A DNA stretch of 64,000 bases from Vairimorpha necatrix. Taxonomy: Eukaryota. Below are positions 36,243 through 49,633 of this stretch, one piece after another (position 1 is the first letter of the stretch; each line of letters opens with the position of its first letter). The position numbers and the translations under genes were made by a program. The DNA lies in contig CP142730.1 in NCBI GenBank assembly GCA_036630325.1, positions 310,001 through 374,000 on the forward strand, in the 5' to 3' direction. Below the pieces are notes generated by a model that ran no database searches, had not been told where the DNA came from, and was given only the letters and a program-made list of their open reading frames with translations.

Positions 36243-39200
36243 TATGATATACCAAATATCATAAAACATATTTTTAGTTCTTTCCCTCCAAATTCGTTCA
36301 GTTTTCCCTCCAACATTTTTTTAAATATTTTATCCGGAGAGGGGTACGAAATGATGGAAAGGAAGAATAACTACACTAATAAAAATCTTCTAAATACTTT
36401 CCTCAGTGGTGGATACCACAAGTTAAATTTAACAAAGATGTGTCCTAAACTTAATAAAAGGATAGAAATTAAAAACTAAAGAAACATGATCAGCTTCGAG
36501 ATCAACGTCAAAGGCCTAAAGTAGCTTATAATTAAGCAATTAGAAATTATAACTAATTGTGAGAAAACCAATATGTTATCATGGTTTAGAAAGTTCGAAG
36601 AACTAAAAAATAAATTGGAATGGGACGGTGAAGAGACTCTTCTGGTTTTACAAAGTTTAATCGAAAGTGAAGAATGGAAAGGAAAAGATAATGCAAAAAA
36701 TTATTTAAAAGTTAAAGAGGAAATACTAAATATTGCATATCTGCATCACTTATTTTCAAATTTAGGAGTTTGATTGCTAGATATTAAACAAGAAAATTAT
36801 GATTTAATAGAGGATATGTTTGCCGATATTGATGCCAAACTTGAAGTGGCATCCTTTATAGAAAAATATACTAAGAGTGAGTATGAGCGTAGGTTTAATG
36901 AAATTTGTTTGAACGCTTTATCTGACGTTACCAAAGATTATGTCATGAAATCTAATACCAAGAGTGTTAAAGACATTAAATACTTATTGGTAAACCTGGA
37001 GAAAGAATTAGTGGTTAGAATTCGGAATGACTTAGAGTTAACTAAAAATTCCCAAGTTGAGTTCAATGAACCAAGACTGAGAAATGAGATGAATCGATGG
37101 TGTAGCTTGCACAAATCAAAAACTCATAACACCAGTGAGTGTTACAGTAAAAATAAAAGAATTGAGAATAAGAATAGTAAGATCAAAACAGACGAATTAA
37201 AAACTAATAAAGATCTTAAGTTTTCTCACTGTAAAGTGGTTTTAAAAGAAAAGTCTGAATATTTAACCGTAAAACTTCCAGTTTCAATTAATGGTCATAC
37301 TGGAATCGCTATTTTAGATACAGGATGCACTAAAAATTTGATAAGTGCAGAGAAGGTAGAAAAGTTAGGACTTATAGCCAAAAAGAATAGAACAGTAAGT
37401 TTTGTTTTCGGAAACGGCTATCAAGAAAGATCAGAAGATATTATAGGTGAATATATTTCGATAAATAGCCTTAACGTTAAATATTTTACAAGATTACACG
37501 TTATAAAAGAATTATCAGCAGATATAATTTTAGGGGTAGAATTTTTATGGGAGAATCAAATAATTTTAAACTTTGCAAACTTAACAATCAATCATAATCA
37601 AAAGATTATCAATATGATTGTTGGTTTGCCTCAACCATACGAGGAAAATAAAGATTTGTTACTGCAGAAATGCTTTTCCATAAGTGAGGAAAATGTCAGC
37701 ATGCAAAATAGAGATAAAATACTTCAATACATAAAAAACAACGAGTTTATAGAGAGATGAAAGTTAAGAAAATTGGTTTTGAAACTACAACAAAAGAGAA
37801 TTTAAGGCTAACAAATAAGAAATACACGATCCCACACAAATACCTAGATGCAACTAAACGAGAGATACAAAGACTCTTGAGAGAAAAAATCATAAAATAC
37901 AGTGATAGTAAGTACAGCAGTCCGGCCTTTGTAATTGCTAAGAAAAATCACGAAATAAGGTTAGTGGTAAATTATAGAGAATTGAATAAAAATATAGTTG
38001 ACATAATAGATTTATTACCAAAAATTATAGATATGATTAATGAGGTCAAAGGAGCAAAGTATTTTACAAAAATTGATCTTAAAAACGGGTTTGTTGAGTA
38101 TAGCATGTCAATCTCTGATATGGTAAATATCAGATGATATTTACTATAAATTGATTAAATAAATAAACCCATGTTTTTCGGTAATTATTCTGACCACAAC
38201 AGTTTGGCGACAACCGCAAACAAAAAAATCTTTAGGAACAGTAGAGAAGATGATCCGGATGCATTCTTGGCATACATAAGGGGATGGGCAGTAATTACAA
38301 ACTGTGGAGAAGCGGGAAAGGTTTTCTTCCTTCGTGATCATTTAGCAGGAGAAGCAGCTATATGGGCGGAATCGGTGCCATGGAGCTGTCAATTTGAATT
38401 CTTGTGTGAGGCATTTCTAAAAAGACTTAAAGGAAGATTAAGCAGTGTGGGACACATAAAAAATCTAGCACGATGCCTATACCAGTCGGGATCGTTTTTA
38501 TCATACCTGGATCAAATGAGAAGAATTTCAATAAAAGCTGGACTTCCAGATAATGTCCTAATTGCATTCGTACTCAATGGACTGCCTGATGATATTGGAG
38601 GAATTTTATTGATGAATACGCCGTCTGAACTTACATGGAACTATATCTATAATGCTTGCGAAGGACTCGATTGTAGTAATAGATCAATACGTATACGACA
38701 TTACCTCAAAAGGCCAAAAAAGAAACGATGGAGATATGCAAAGTGCAGGGCAATGAGTAGAGTTAGTATTGTGGCAGAAAAGGACGTTTTAAAAGAGAAT
38801 GCGAAAAAAGAAAAAAGGAACAGCGTAAAACGAAGGTAAGACAAGTTGGAATGGAAATTAAAGAAGAGGATGAATGCAATGAAAATAAAACTTTTAATTA
38901 TTACAACGCTATTAGGTCCTTAGATAATGGCTCAAATAAAGACCTCACAATAGTAGTTAAAATTGGAAAATTCCATGTACAAGCGCTAGTCGACTCAGGA
39001 GCATGCGTAAACTTAATTAAAGAAAAATACGTTAAGAATTTAAAACTAAAACACACAGGAAATCTTATCTCTGCAAACGGTACAGAAATAAAAACTTTGG
39101 GTATGTCAAGACAAAAATTCACGATCGGAGAAAGAGTTTTCGAAGAATATTTTGTTGTAACTAACGATATAACTTCAAATATGATCATTGGTCTCGGGTT

Positions 39201-42200
39201 CCTTAAGAAACATAAAGTCAAAATTGAATTTGGAATAGACTGTCGCATTGAATGGACACAAAAGGAGTGTGCAAAAGAAAATCTGGGAGAACATAGGATT
39301 ATCACTCAAAATCTCCCTCCAATAACGAACGCGTGTTATAGGTCAGGGGCGGAAGCGGAAAAGGAAGCGAAGAAAATTGTTAAACAATACCTAAAAGAAG
39401 GTGTCATACGGGAGTCTAATAGTCCATGGAGAAGTCCAGTGGTACTGGCAAAGAAAAAGAACGGAGATTACAGGTTATGCGTTGACTACAGAAGACTAAT
39501 CGAAATAACAATAAAAGACTCGTACCCCAAGCCTTGGGTTGACGAGATATTAGACTCTCTGCACGGATCATTCTTTTTTACTAAATTAGATGCATTATCA
39601 GGATATCACAAGATAAAAATGAATAAAAACGACATAGAAAAAACAGCTTTTTCATGCGGGGGTATTCTTTATGAATTTATGTACATGCCATTTGGTCTAG
39701 TGAATGCTCCAGCGACGTTTCAGAGGATTATGAATAGAATATTAAAGCCGTACCTCGGGAAGTTCACCATGGCGTATATGGATGACATTATTATATATAG
39801 TAGAACATTGGAAGAACATAGGGATCACGTTAGAAAAGTGTTAGAATTAATTAATAAGGCAGGATTAAAGCTTAACGATAGCAAATGTGAATATGAACAG
39901 AAGCAAATCTAAATACTGGGACACGTAGTAGATCATAGAGGGATTAGAATTGATCCAGAAAGGATAAAAGCGATTAAAGAACTAAAAATTCCCCAAAACA
40001 GAAAGGAATTAGAATCTTTTTTAGGGCGATTAACTATTGTAGTAAGTTTATAAAAAATTTGTCGAAAGAAACTACATACCTTTACGGATTAATAAAAAAG
40101 AATTCAGAAGTAGATTGGAAGAGAATTAGTAACGAAGACAAATATATTAAAGCTATCGAATCGCTAAAAGATAATATTGGAAGGATGGGAGTACTCGGAA
40201 TGCCCGATCTTAATGAAAAATTTATTCTTACTACAGATGCATCAGATCTTGGTTCGGGGGGCAATACTTTCACAGATACAGAGAGGAGAGGAAAAAAATC
40301 TTATGTTATTATTCTAAAGTGCATTCTAAGGCAGAAAAAAATTATTCAACGACAGAAAAAGAATTATTTACCGGTAATCAAAGCAATTGAGCATTTCAGA
40401 CATTACTTAATTGGAAAGAAATTTCTGCTAAGAACAGATCATAGTGCGATAAAATTTCTATTCAAGAGTACAAATATGAAAACAAAGTTCGCAAGATGGG
40501 CGCTCTATCTGCAGGAATATGATATAGAGATCGAACATATTAAAGGACAGAATAATCCAAGTGACTCTTTAAGTCGAATGATGGGAGAACGGCAGAACAT
40601 TAAAGTCATAAAAGAAAAAAGTGAAGTCCTGAAACTTGTGAAATGGACACACATACGGTTAGCACATGGATCAAGAAAAGCATCGATGTACGCCTTAAGG
40701 AAAAAAAAAAATTAAAAGTCTACAAAAGGAAGTTATAAAGACAATACAAAATTGCCTTAAGTGTTAACAGATGGGGCCATATTACATCAAGAGGAGCATC
40801 ATTCCGGTTAGAGCAGATAAATTAAACGTAATATGGGAAATTGACATAGTAGGGCCTCTACCGCAAAGCCAACAAGGATATAGATATTTGTTAACCATAA
40901 TCGATCACTTCTCAAAGGTAGCGAATGTAATACCATTGCGGACTAAGGATGCAATGGAAACGAGTGGGGGACTCGAAGAAACTATAAAAAAAATGGGCGC
41001 ACCAAAGGTTGTTATATCTGATAATGGAAAAGAGTTCGTGAACCAGAGCATGAAAAATTTAGCAACGATACATAAAATTGAATGGAGACTGGGGGCACCA
41101 TATACACCTACAACTACAGGGTTAGTAGAGAGATTCAACAGAACATTTGTGGAAAAGTTAAAAAAGGTGTCAAATTTCGGGAGGATTGACTGGTGCAATG
41201 CATTAAGAAAACGTTGGAATGATATCTGGATTCATTTCATCGAGGAATAAACTGTTCACCGCGGGAAATGTGGTCGAAGAAGAAAATGATAAAACAACAA
41301 AAACGGCACATAATCCAATATAAAACAAGTTACTGCAAACCGACAAGAAGTAAAACTAGAGAAGAAATTAAAGTTGGGGATAATATACTTAATCATCACC
41401 CAGTCAGTAAAGAACATAAATTAGCAGCAAATTATAATTTTAGTGGAACATTTATAGCTAAGAGGGTTGGATCTGTTGACATCAAGCTAACAGATGGAAG
41501 GATAATTACTTCGAACCTAAGTAACGCGAGAAAATATTTTTTTGAAAGGAGGAAGAGTGTTGAGTATATCATGTCAATCTCTGATATAGTAAATATCATC
41601 TGATATTTTCTATAAATTGATTAAATAAATAAACCCATGTTTTCCGGTAATTATTCTGACCACAACAGGGTTCAATCAAGTACCCATAGAAGAAAATAAT
41701 ATGAATCTTACAAGTTTTAAAATTTTAGGAAATGTATACAAGTATACAAGAATTCCATTTGGCATTAAATCCGGTCCAAAATTATTTCAAAGGACCATAA
41801 ACAAAATTTTAGCAGAAATACATAACGTAGTAGTATATATCGACAACATTCTAATATACACTTCAACCAAAGAAGAACACAATGAGATTTTAAACCAAGT
41901 ACTAGATAGATTGTCTAGTTATGAAATAAAAATCAACTTTGAAAAAAGCATATTTGCAGTTAAAGAAGTGGAGATGTTGGGACTGATTATAAATGAAAAT
42001 GAAATTAGACCAAATCTAAGTAATATTGACAAATTATTAGCAAAACTAAATATATCAAAACGTCGTGAATTGCAAAAAAATTTAGGAGTATTTAATTGGT
42101 ATCGAGAATTTGTGCCAAATTTCAGTATTAAAGTTATGACGTTAACAGATAAATTAAAAGGAGTTGAACAAAAGATAGAATTAAACGAGCAAGAAAAGAA

Positions 42201-43829
42201 AAAGATTAAGAGTTAAATAATGAAATTAAAGAAAACGGAAAATTAGTGTCTCCGAAATATGACGAAGATTTCTGTTTTCAGACTGACGCATCTGACAAAG
42301 CCATGGGTGCAGTGTTATTTCAAAAGCATGGATGCATAGGACATTATAGCAAGAAATTTACTAATACTGAAGTAAACTATACGATTGTCGAAAAAGAAAT
42401 GTATGCAATCTTACAAAGCTTAAGATTTTTCAAAGGAATTATCATGGGATACCAAGTTAAAGTAATGTGTGATAATAGAAATTGCTTGTTCGACACTAAA
42501 AATGATAACAACAGAATGATAAGATGGAAATTAATGCTTAACGATTATAACTTTACATTAAAAGGCATCGAAGGAAAGAAAAATGTGATTGCTGACATTT
42601 ATCACGAATACCATCAGACGAAGTTTAGTAGTGGCAGTGAATGCAGAAAATCAAGCAAAGAAAGTAATAAAAGAGACACCTCATGTTACAGAAACCAAGA
42701 AGAACGGTGAAATTTACATAAAGCCATGTGAAAGGGAATTGTTCAATAAAATATGCATATAAAATGTAAGCATGCGGGGATGTTCGTATTATACAATAAT
42801 TTAAAAGATTACTACTACATCCATAAGATGAAGGAAACTATCAGAAGCGTAGTAAACAGTTGTCAGGATTGTAAATTTGATGAAAAATTTAGCTACCATA
42901 GATTTGAAAATAAAATGGAAATTACCGCAAGTATAGCCTTTGAAAAAATTTGTTCGGATATATACGGCCCTACAAAAATAAAGAATAAAAAATGGTATAT
43001 TATGACGATTATTGATGTGCACACCAGATATACAAAGGTGTATAAACTAAAAGAAATTACAGATAAAAGGGTGGTAGAGTGTTTCGAACAATGGAATAAT
43101 AAATTCCCTTACCCCAAAACAATAATTACAGATAATGGAACACAGTAAACTAGTAACTTAGTTAAAGACTATTCTTATAGACACAACATAAAATTAGTAC
43201 ATGTACCTAAGTATCATCCCCAGAGCAATGGTATCTGTGAGAGGACAAACAGTACTATTTCGGAAATAATCAGGCTATATAAAAGGGAACCCCTAGAAAA
43301 TATAATGGAAAATATAGAAATCCGATTAAACCAAAATTATCGAAGATCAATAGGTTGAGCACCAAAAGAATTAGTTGCAGAGACTAATCAATTTGATCCT
43401 GAAGGCAGATCACATTTTAAGAAGATACATAGGAGAAAGAAAAAGAATTTGGCTAAGAAAAAGATTAATGCAGTTAAAATAGGTGATATGGTGTATGTAA
43501 AAAACTTTAATGGGAAAAATGGGAGAAGGCATATACGGGTCCACACCTAGTAGAATTGGTCAGCAGAAATGACCGATGGGTTAAAGTTAAGGGAGTCTAC
43601 GAATGATTCACCTAGGTGATACTAAACTTTGAAATCTAAGGAGAGGTAGATTATGATGTACCAAATATCATAAAATATATTTTTAAAATCTTTCCCTCCA
43701 AATTCGTTCAGTTTCCCCCCAACATTTATATAAATATTTTATCCGGAGCGGGGTACGAAATGATGGAAAGGAAGAATAACTACACTAACAAAAATCTTCT
43801 AAATACTTTCCTCAGTGGTGGATACCACA
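36243..43829 (+). mobile_element. Ty3/Gypsy element B (complete gag-pol, degenerate), same clade as E1/E2
   Basis: 178-bp LTRs at 36243-36420 and 43652-43829 ending ggataccaca; TSD CTTAG; gag knuckle WCSLHKSKTHNTSEC; ILDTGC protease; RT split by element C (KIDLKNGF|NQV); RH and IN to ~43630. Confidence 0.93.
38092..41667 (+). mobile_element. Compact Ty3/Gypsy element C (3.6 kb), frameshifted
   Basis: 110-bp LTRs at 38092-38201 and 41558-41667; TSD GGGTT; PBS tggcgacaaccgca (tRNA-Ser-like); gag from 38171; ALVDSGA; YMDD; TTDAS; IN EIDIVGP...SDNG...VERFNRT; PPT. Confidence 0.95.
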
Positions 43830-45307
43830 CTTAGAAAATCAAAAGACAATTATTTTAATGTTTTAATAAATTTATTATTTTAAGTATTTCTCCTCCTTTT
43901 TTCCATTTTGATTTTCTAAAAAAAGGGATATTTTTTAAAAATTTGTATTTATATATGTAGGGGGGCATAAAGTGAAAAAGCTCCGCGATTTTATCTCAAA
44001 CAAATGAAAAGGAAAGATACCCTTTAGCATTTGCTTAAATAAGATTAAAAGAACACAAGAAAAGTATAGTATTTCAGAAAAGAAATTTATAGCAATTCTA
44101 TGGGGATTGAACATTTTAATATTTTGTGTATAGGACACCGGTAGATGTTATTACTGATCATAAAGTTTTAGAGGTTATTAATAAAGGAGACATAGCATGT
44201 CCTAGAATTCAGCGATGGTTAGATAGATTAAGTATGTTTGACTTCAATATTAAATACAGAAAAGGAAATGAGATGGTCCATGTAAATTGTCTTAGTAGAA
44301 ATACACGAGTACAGAGTTGGAGAAAACGGAGAATAATGTCTTAATGAAAATAAATTACATAAAATGTGACGAAAAAAAACGAAAAAATTTATAAGGAAGG
44401 TTCATTAAGAATGTTTACACAGAGGCGAAAAGACAATAAAACATAAACTGCTTTCACAAGGTACATGCTTCAATAATATGGACAGAATATAAAAGAAGAG
44501 ATTTCAAAATGTGTAGTATGCAAACAATACAATCCAAAAAAAAAACATTTTGTATTTGTAACAGCTCAAGAAGTAGGAGAAAGGTGGCGGTGGATATAAT
44601 AGGATCAATAGAGAACTGTTACATAATATCTGGGATTGATTATTTTTCGAGAAAGGGATTTGCAAAGATAATCAAGTCAAGACAAGATAGGAATGTCACA
44701 AGTTTGTGAAGGAACTTCATAAAGAATTAAAAATTCAAATGTTAATTTACAATCTAGGGAAAATTTGAGTAAGAAAAGCCAAGATTTCGCAAGAAAAGAA
44801 AATTTTGAACTGCATTACACCTCTCCGTTTCATCATCAATCAAATAAACGGGTTGAGAGATTCAACAGAACTCTACAAGATCTAATAGATAAGAGTAAAC
44901 AGGATAAACTCCTTACAAATAAGCTAACAAGAGCAAAAAATATATATAATGAGTCATATCACACTGGCATAGAGATGACGCCTGAGGAGGCCTTAAAAAA
45001 AGAAAATTATCAACATTAAAGGAAAATACAATTCATGAATAGAATTAAGTTCAGTAAAGCAAACTGCAACAAAGAGAAGGAGGAAATATCTAAAAAAAGA
45101 GGATATAGTTTTAATAAGAAAAAAAAATAGGTCGGACTAAGGGACAACCCAGATAAGGCCAGGGGAATAATTCTTAATAAGGCTGGAGAGAATTTATATA
45201 ATATTAATGTAAAAAATAAAATAATCAAAAGGCATGCGCCACAACTTAAAGTAATTGTAGACGAGCCTTCCTTTTGACCGGTGGAATGTTGTATTATTTA
45301 AAAATTT

Positions 45308-46314
45308 GGCTAAAGTCAGCTTTAGGACGCAAATTTCGATGTAGGGTTTTTTGTTTTTTGCCACTTTTTTAAAAAAATGGAAGAAAGAATAATGACAAGA
45401 GCAGAATTGTAAACAGTGTATAAAAATGTAATTATTAAAAGACAAAATCAGATTTGCAGTGTGATAAAAAAATGAGGTTCACGAGAAAACATGTTGTGTT
45501 TTAATTTGTACCTGGAAAGATTGTAAGAAGCAAACATCGATATGGACGAATACTTTCTTTGAAAACTCCAAACTCGATCATATCACAATTTTGCATGTAC
45601 TAAATATGTGGATTCTTGGCTATTCTCGTAAATTTATTTGCCAAATTCTCTGTTGTTCAAAACCTTCGATATCTTTTTTACTTAAAAAATTAAAGAAATT
45701 AAACCTCTATGATAAATATTTATCATCTTTAAACAAGATAGGAGGAGAAGATATCATTGTTGAAATAGATGAAACTAAAATTGGAAAAAATAAATATAAC
45801 AGAGGAAAATTAGTGATGGTATTTTGGTGTTTCGGCATGATAGAACATACTATCGAACGTAAGATTGTGGTTCTCTATATTAAGAAAGAGAAAAAGAAAC
45901 TCTTGCGGATCTCTTGTTGAAATTCGTCAATACAAAAAGTACTATACATAGTGATATGTGAAAGCTCATCATTAGTTGGGCACCTTTTTTAAAAAAAATT
46001 ATATTGTATGCCACTCGTTCCACTTTCGAGTTCCAAATACTGGAGTACACACCAATACCATTAAGGCAATTGGCGTTCACTCAAAATTTCTATACCTAAC
46101 AGAAATAGGTCAAAACGGCGCCAAACTTTATTTACTTAGGTATATGCTCGAGAGAAATTACTGTTATTCTGTTTTCGAAAAATTATTAAATTTATTGTTC
46201 TAATTTAAATTTTTTGTTCCTTCAGCCACATTTTCTTTCTTCAATTTTTAAAAAGTGGCAAAAAAAACAAAAAAACCCTATATCGAAATTTGCGTCCTAA
46301 AGCTGACTTTAGCC
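45308..46314 (+). mobile_element. Merlin transposon inserted in the 3' LTR of Gypsy A
   Basis: ~60-70-bp TIR ggctaaagtcagctttaggacgc...; TSD AAAAATTT; motif IGGEDIIVEIDETK. Confidence 0.92.
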
Positions 46315-46621
46315 AAAAATTTATATATTTACCCCTTAATTTTATGAATAAAGATTTTAAAAATAAAACAAAATAAATCATTAAGTCTCTTTTTAAATTT
46401 TTTTTTTAATTTTCCCATTTTAAAATTTTCAAAGCGGTTTCATTTTCCCTATGTGTATTCCAAACGATCTTGTTCCGATATATGTTAAGAAGAACTTTAA
46501 AGTTGATTTATTTCTAATATCAATGAATTTATTTTTTTCTTCCTTTTTGCCGTTTTGACTTTCAAAAAGAGTATTTTTTTATTAAAAAATATTTATACCC
46601 TTTTTTGGCCAAAGTGGCTCC

Positions 46622-48752
46622 TTTGACCGAACCAAAGACTTCTGGAAATTGCTGTAAAGTTTTTCTAACGTCACAATTAGATTAGATAATGTTTGCCTGA
46701 AAATGTATCAGGCTTGGCTTTTAATAAGCATAAAAAGAAGTTAGAGATTGCTAATGATTTTTGTGCTACTCTAGCCAATATAAGTGGAGATGTTGAAAAC
46801 GTCTATTAAAAGAATATCGAGGGGGATTTGTCAGAGAACATCAATTTGGATGAATTATTGAGAGTCACAAATAACGGTGGTACAACAAGGCAGCAGGCCC
46901 GGATGAGATACCGTTCGAGCATTATAAATACTATTTAACCCCAGTTTAGTAGATAAAAAGCTACCTCTGTTTTTGCCGAGTTAACAGGATACTTTTAAGA
47001 GACAACCCTCCTATTAGCTGGATTGCTGTTGACATGATTTGCCTCTATAAAAAATGAGATGTGTCAGATATCAACAATCATAAAGGAATTGAGCTAATTT
47101 TTACAATTAGTAAAATTTACTTAAAAATAGTAAACGACGGACTTACGCAGTTTGTTATAAATAAAAAAAATCCGTATCATGGGTATTAGTCGACATTTAT
47201 GTCGTATAATACTCACTAAATTTATTTTTTATATTGACCTAAAAAATTGGAAATTGACTTAAAGAATGAAAAATGACTTCAAAATTGGCACTTATCTAAG
47301 ACTTAGAAGTTGGAAGTGGAAATTTGATCAAGATTTTATAAAGATAAAACTTATTAGTCAATTGTTTAAGTGTAGAAAGTATTGTCATAAATTTATAATC
47401 ATAAGAATTAAAGAAAGTAATTTATGAAAGAACTTGTGGTTTTTATAATTCTAAATGTTTAAGAGTATTGTCAACTTTTAGCTTGCACTAACTCTTTTAA
47501 ACGATTGGAATTGAATCTATAGAACGTCTATGCCGTTATAATTTTGTAGTTGTAAAATAAAAATTTAATATCAGATTTCAATAGTCATCGAATCGATGGC
47601 AAAAACAGTTTCTAAAATATAGTCGAATAACGTAAGTAGTTTCAAACGCTTTTCATTAAACTCTGTTCTGTCAGGAGTAACGGAAGTATAAGACAAATGG
47701 GCTAATCATTATTTTGCTACAAGCAGCAATGTCATATTGGTAAGGTTTCAAATAATCAAGTGTAGTATGTGGTACTGTGGATACAACTTCAAAGCTGCAA
47801 AATATTATATACAAGTCGTAACAAATAGATCTGATGAAATCCTGTTGCCTATTATTAAAAATATTTGTAAAGATGGGACTTTTATGTTCAGCGATGAATG
47901 GGTTGTCTACAAAATAAAATCCAGGAAACATTTGGCTTAAAACAAGGTAAATGCTTCTTTTCATTTTGTGAATCTTAATTAAGGAGTAAATGCTTAATGT
48001 ATAATCATACTGGGCCAAGCAAAAATTTAACATAAAAAATATGCATTGCAAAATTATTTTAAAGAAATTATGTTTAAAGAAATATAAATAAGAGCCGTGA
48101 TCTAATTATTTTTATAGAGTTGTTGTTCGTTGTAGAAAATCTTTTGATTTTATTTGCTTTTTTTATCTAATCGGCCAAATCTTTATTTTTTTTATATATG
48201 TCGCATAATACCCATGATCCGAACATTCTTTCTCGCTTTCAGGCTGGATTTAGAGAAAGGAAAAATGTAATAATCAGATTTCAACCTTGCTGGAGGTTGC
48301 TAAAAAAAGAGAATTTTAGGTCAACAAACATAGTTATGTTTTACTGACTTCGAAAAAGCATATGATGTGTTAGCCATGAGCTGCTACATAATAAGCTAGA
48401 AAAGTATAGTATTCTAAGATATCTCATGAATACATTGAAGGATACTTATGGAAATACTCAGATAAGAATTCGTATAAACGGAGACACAAGCAGTTGTTAT
48501 CTTAAAAAAGGGGACAGAAAGGGAAGCCCCTGTTCTCTTATGCTGTTCAACTTATTCATAAATGATATTTTTGATGGTAAAACAGGATTGAGCGTTCCTT
48601 GCTCTAATATAAGCCTGCTAGGACTGATGTTTGCAGATTACATTGTAGTTTTGGCCAATACTATTGCTGATCTGAAAAAAAATTGTTCAAATCGGCAGAT
48701 GGGCAATTGAAAATCGTATGAAAATCAATGTGACAAAATGTGTATCTTAGTA
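46622..48752 (+). mobile_element. Degenerate LINE ORF2 fragment
   Basis: Collinear with ~22915-24003 (RT region; LMFAD remnant in 48426-48710); interrupted by Merlin 47174-48220. Confidence 0.85.
47174..48220 (+). mobile_element. Highly degenerate Merlin transposon
   Basis: TIRs gtatcatgggtattagtcgacat / atgtcgcataatacccatgatcc; remnant VVTNRSDEILLPII...FSDEW. Confidence 0.75.
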
Positions 48753-49003
48753 TGTGGTATCTTTGTGCATCAAAGATCCACAAGAAGAATTGTTTGTTTG
48801 TTTACACAACAAACACATAAAACTATAAATAAAATTTTAGTCACTACCCATAAACAACCAATACAAAGATGAACTTCATACATAATAAAAAGACGAGCAC
48901 TAGAGGGAAGTATCAAATACTATAAAACCATCAATGAATTATTGTACAAAAAATATTTTAGAGACATACTTCGGATTAGGATATGTCAGTATGGAATATT
49001 AAT
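48753..49003 (+). mobile_element. Probable LTR fragment with terminal hairpin
   Basis: Starts tgtggtatctttgtgcatcaaagatccaca exactly where LINE homology stops; contains TATAAATA and a CCC motif. The other end was not established. Confidence 0.45.
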
Positions 49004-49079
49004 TGTTGAGAATAGTAGACATGAGGAATATTTAATAATAATATTGCTATTTATAGCCATCCAAACATCCCGCCCCCAA

Positions 49080-49633
49080 AATACGTTTACGGTCTACTAG
49101 TCTTTTTAAAACATTCTCTGTCTCGTGTCCCTGTTGTTTACAAAAATTGCAAGTTTTTTTATTATTAGTGAGCTTATTCCTTCTTGTTCTGCTGGTAAGT
49201 ATTTTAGAAGTGTGTGCCAAAAATTCTTCCGTATCGGTGTGTAGGCTCAACATCATGTGGACTTCCACATTTCCCATAGCAACAGTAAGGCTTTAGTATT
49301 TTATGATCATTTTATCCGTGGCTCCAAGTCGTTTTAAGTCCTTTTTCAGTCTGTCTAGATATTCAGTTACGGATTCAGTGCTTTTCTTGTGTTTGCACAT
49401 ACTTTTTATACGCTATCAGCTGTAATTTTTTGGTCTTCGGCACATTTTTTGATGCCCTTCCATGTTGTAGAACCTTCCTGTAATATATACTCTCCCAATT
49501 CGATATTTGCATTCCTAATTATATAATTGAATTTATCTTCGTCTTTTAGGTAAAACTGCAAATTTAAGAGTCTTATTTTTACATTTAAAGTTGACTTACA
49601 GAAGGTTTTGGTTCTTTGAATAGTTTCTGTCAT
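49080..49633 (-). pseudogene. Second Gag-like ORF downstream of integrase in element E
   Basis: ATG at 49633 after tacccgtaa. Reconstructed across frameshifts: ...STTWKGIKK...KKSTESVTEYLDRLKKDL...CNFCKQQGHET(.EC). Confidence 0.7.

Larger units (their letters stand above)
31129..43984 (+). mobile_element. Merlin transposon with ~100-bp TIRs hosting a MULE and Gypsy B
   Basis: TSD GCGATTTTA at 31120-31128 and 43985-43993; long TIR ttttcactttatgccccc...ggaggagaaa; transposase 31505-31999 (VEVDESKFG) plus 36008-36242 (HTNTIEGNW). Confidence 0.92.
29065..46368 (+). mobile_element. Degenerate Ty3/Gypsy element A with 67-bp LTRs
   Basis: 5' LTR 29065-29131; PBS tggtggagaatg (tRNA-Ala-like); gag CCHC near 29745; RT 30300-31040; RNase H split by Merlin (ETDASNHGIGAIL|SQ); IN 44500-45240; 3' LTR 45287-46368 split by Merlin; TSD CAAAA. 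Confidence 0.85.
27732..46476 (+). mobile_element. Merlin transposon (same family as 15894-16994) hosting Gypsy A
   Basis: TSD GATATATG at 27724-27731 and 46477-46484; TIR ggcacatgaccgtttggaa; transposase relic 28187-29060 is near-identical to 16060-16919. Confidence 0.9.
27246..46621 (+). mobile_element. Outer Merlin relic lacking its 5' end (27246-27731 and 46485-46621)
   Basis: Remnants IGGGGQGLILEIDESK and GVWVLGMVER; sequence resumes after the TSD at 46485 and ends ...ggccaaagtggctcc. Confidence 0.7.
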
